A DNA stretch of 64,000 bases, taken from positions 1 through 64,000 of the forward strand of contig JAAILG010001616.1 in NCBI GenBank assembly GCA_012026655.1, given 5' to 3'. A program made the position numbers and the translations under genes. The stretch comes from Hydrolagus affinis (Eukaryota). The notes under the pieces are model-generated. The model had not been told where the DNA came from, searched no databases, and was given only the letters and a program-made list of their open reading frames with translations. Positions 63,855 to 64,000 of this stretch are shown piece after piece; within the stretch, counting starts at the first letter, position 1, and each line of letters opens with the position of its first letter.

Positions 63855-64000
63855 AGGCTGGTCAGTCAGTATCACTCTCACCACTGACCCAAAAGGTTGT
63901 GGTTTCAACACCCACTTTGGGATTTTGAACTCAGATAGTCTAGGCTGGCATTCCAAATGCAGTGCTGGGTGAATACTGTATTGTTAGCTTTGCTGTCCTT
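63855..64000 (+). mobile_element. SacSINE1-like DeuSINE 5' part, cut by window end
   Basis: CACTCTCACCACTGACCCAAAAGGTTGTGGTTTCAACACCCACT...TCTAGGCTGGCATTCCAAATGCAGTGCTG. Confidence 0.65.

Noticed and set aside
36430-64000. Additional protein-coding gene among the many 60-125 aa ORFs
   Set aside because: None shows a recognisable domain or a chain of phase-compatible exons; consistent with GNG2 introns and upstream DNA.

Overview
Vertebrate genomic DNA, most likely a cartilaginous fish (possibly a chimaera; inferred from the repeat families, not certain). It holds three spliced genes in the arrangement known from mammals. (1) The 3' ~880 codons of nidogen-2 (NID2, + strand, 16 intact coding exons, 554-18826, ending GRK*). 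(2) The complete RTRAF/C14orf166 gene (- strand, 8 exons, 241 aa), convergent with NID2. (3) The coding exons of GNG2 (- strand, 71 aa, CAAX = CAIL), followed by ~27 kb of non-coding sequence that probably holds its 5' UTR exons and introns. Exon boundaries were read by hand from GT/AG sites and phase continuity. The most unusual feature is the NID2 rod: five tandem thyroglobulin type-1 (TY) exons in an A-B-A'-B'-C pattern. One is a full-length, frame-intact pseudo/poison exon with two TAG stops, and two carry RGD motifs (one in a predicted disulfide-closed CRGDRVC loop). One rod EGF exon appears to be absent. The rest is L2 and CR1 LINE fragments, tRNA-derived SINEs, a ~530-bp foldback built from an L2 fragment, and a 100-N gap. 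I found no prokaryotic-type system and no evidence of a wholly new gene. Repeat boundaries are approximate, and comparisons to human proteins are from memory, not from a search.
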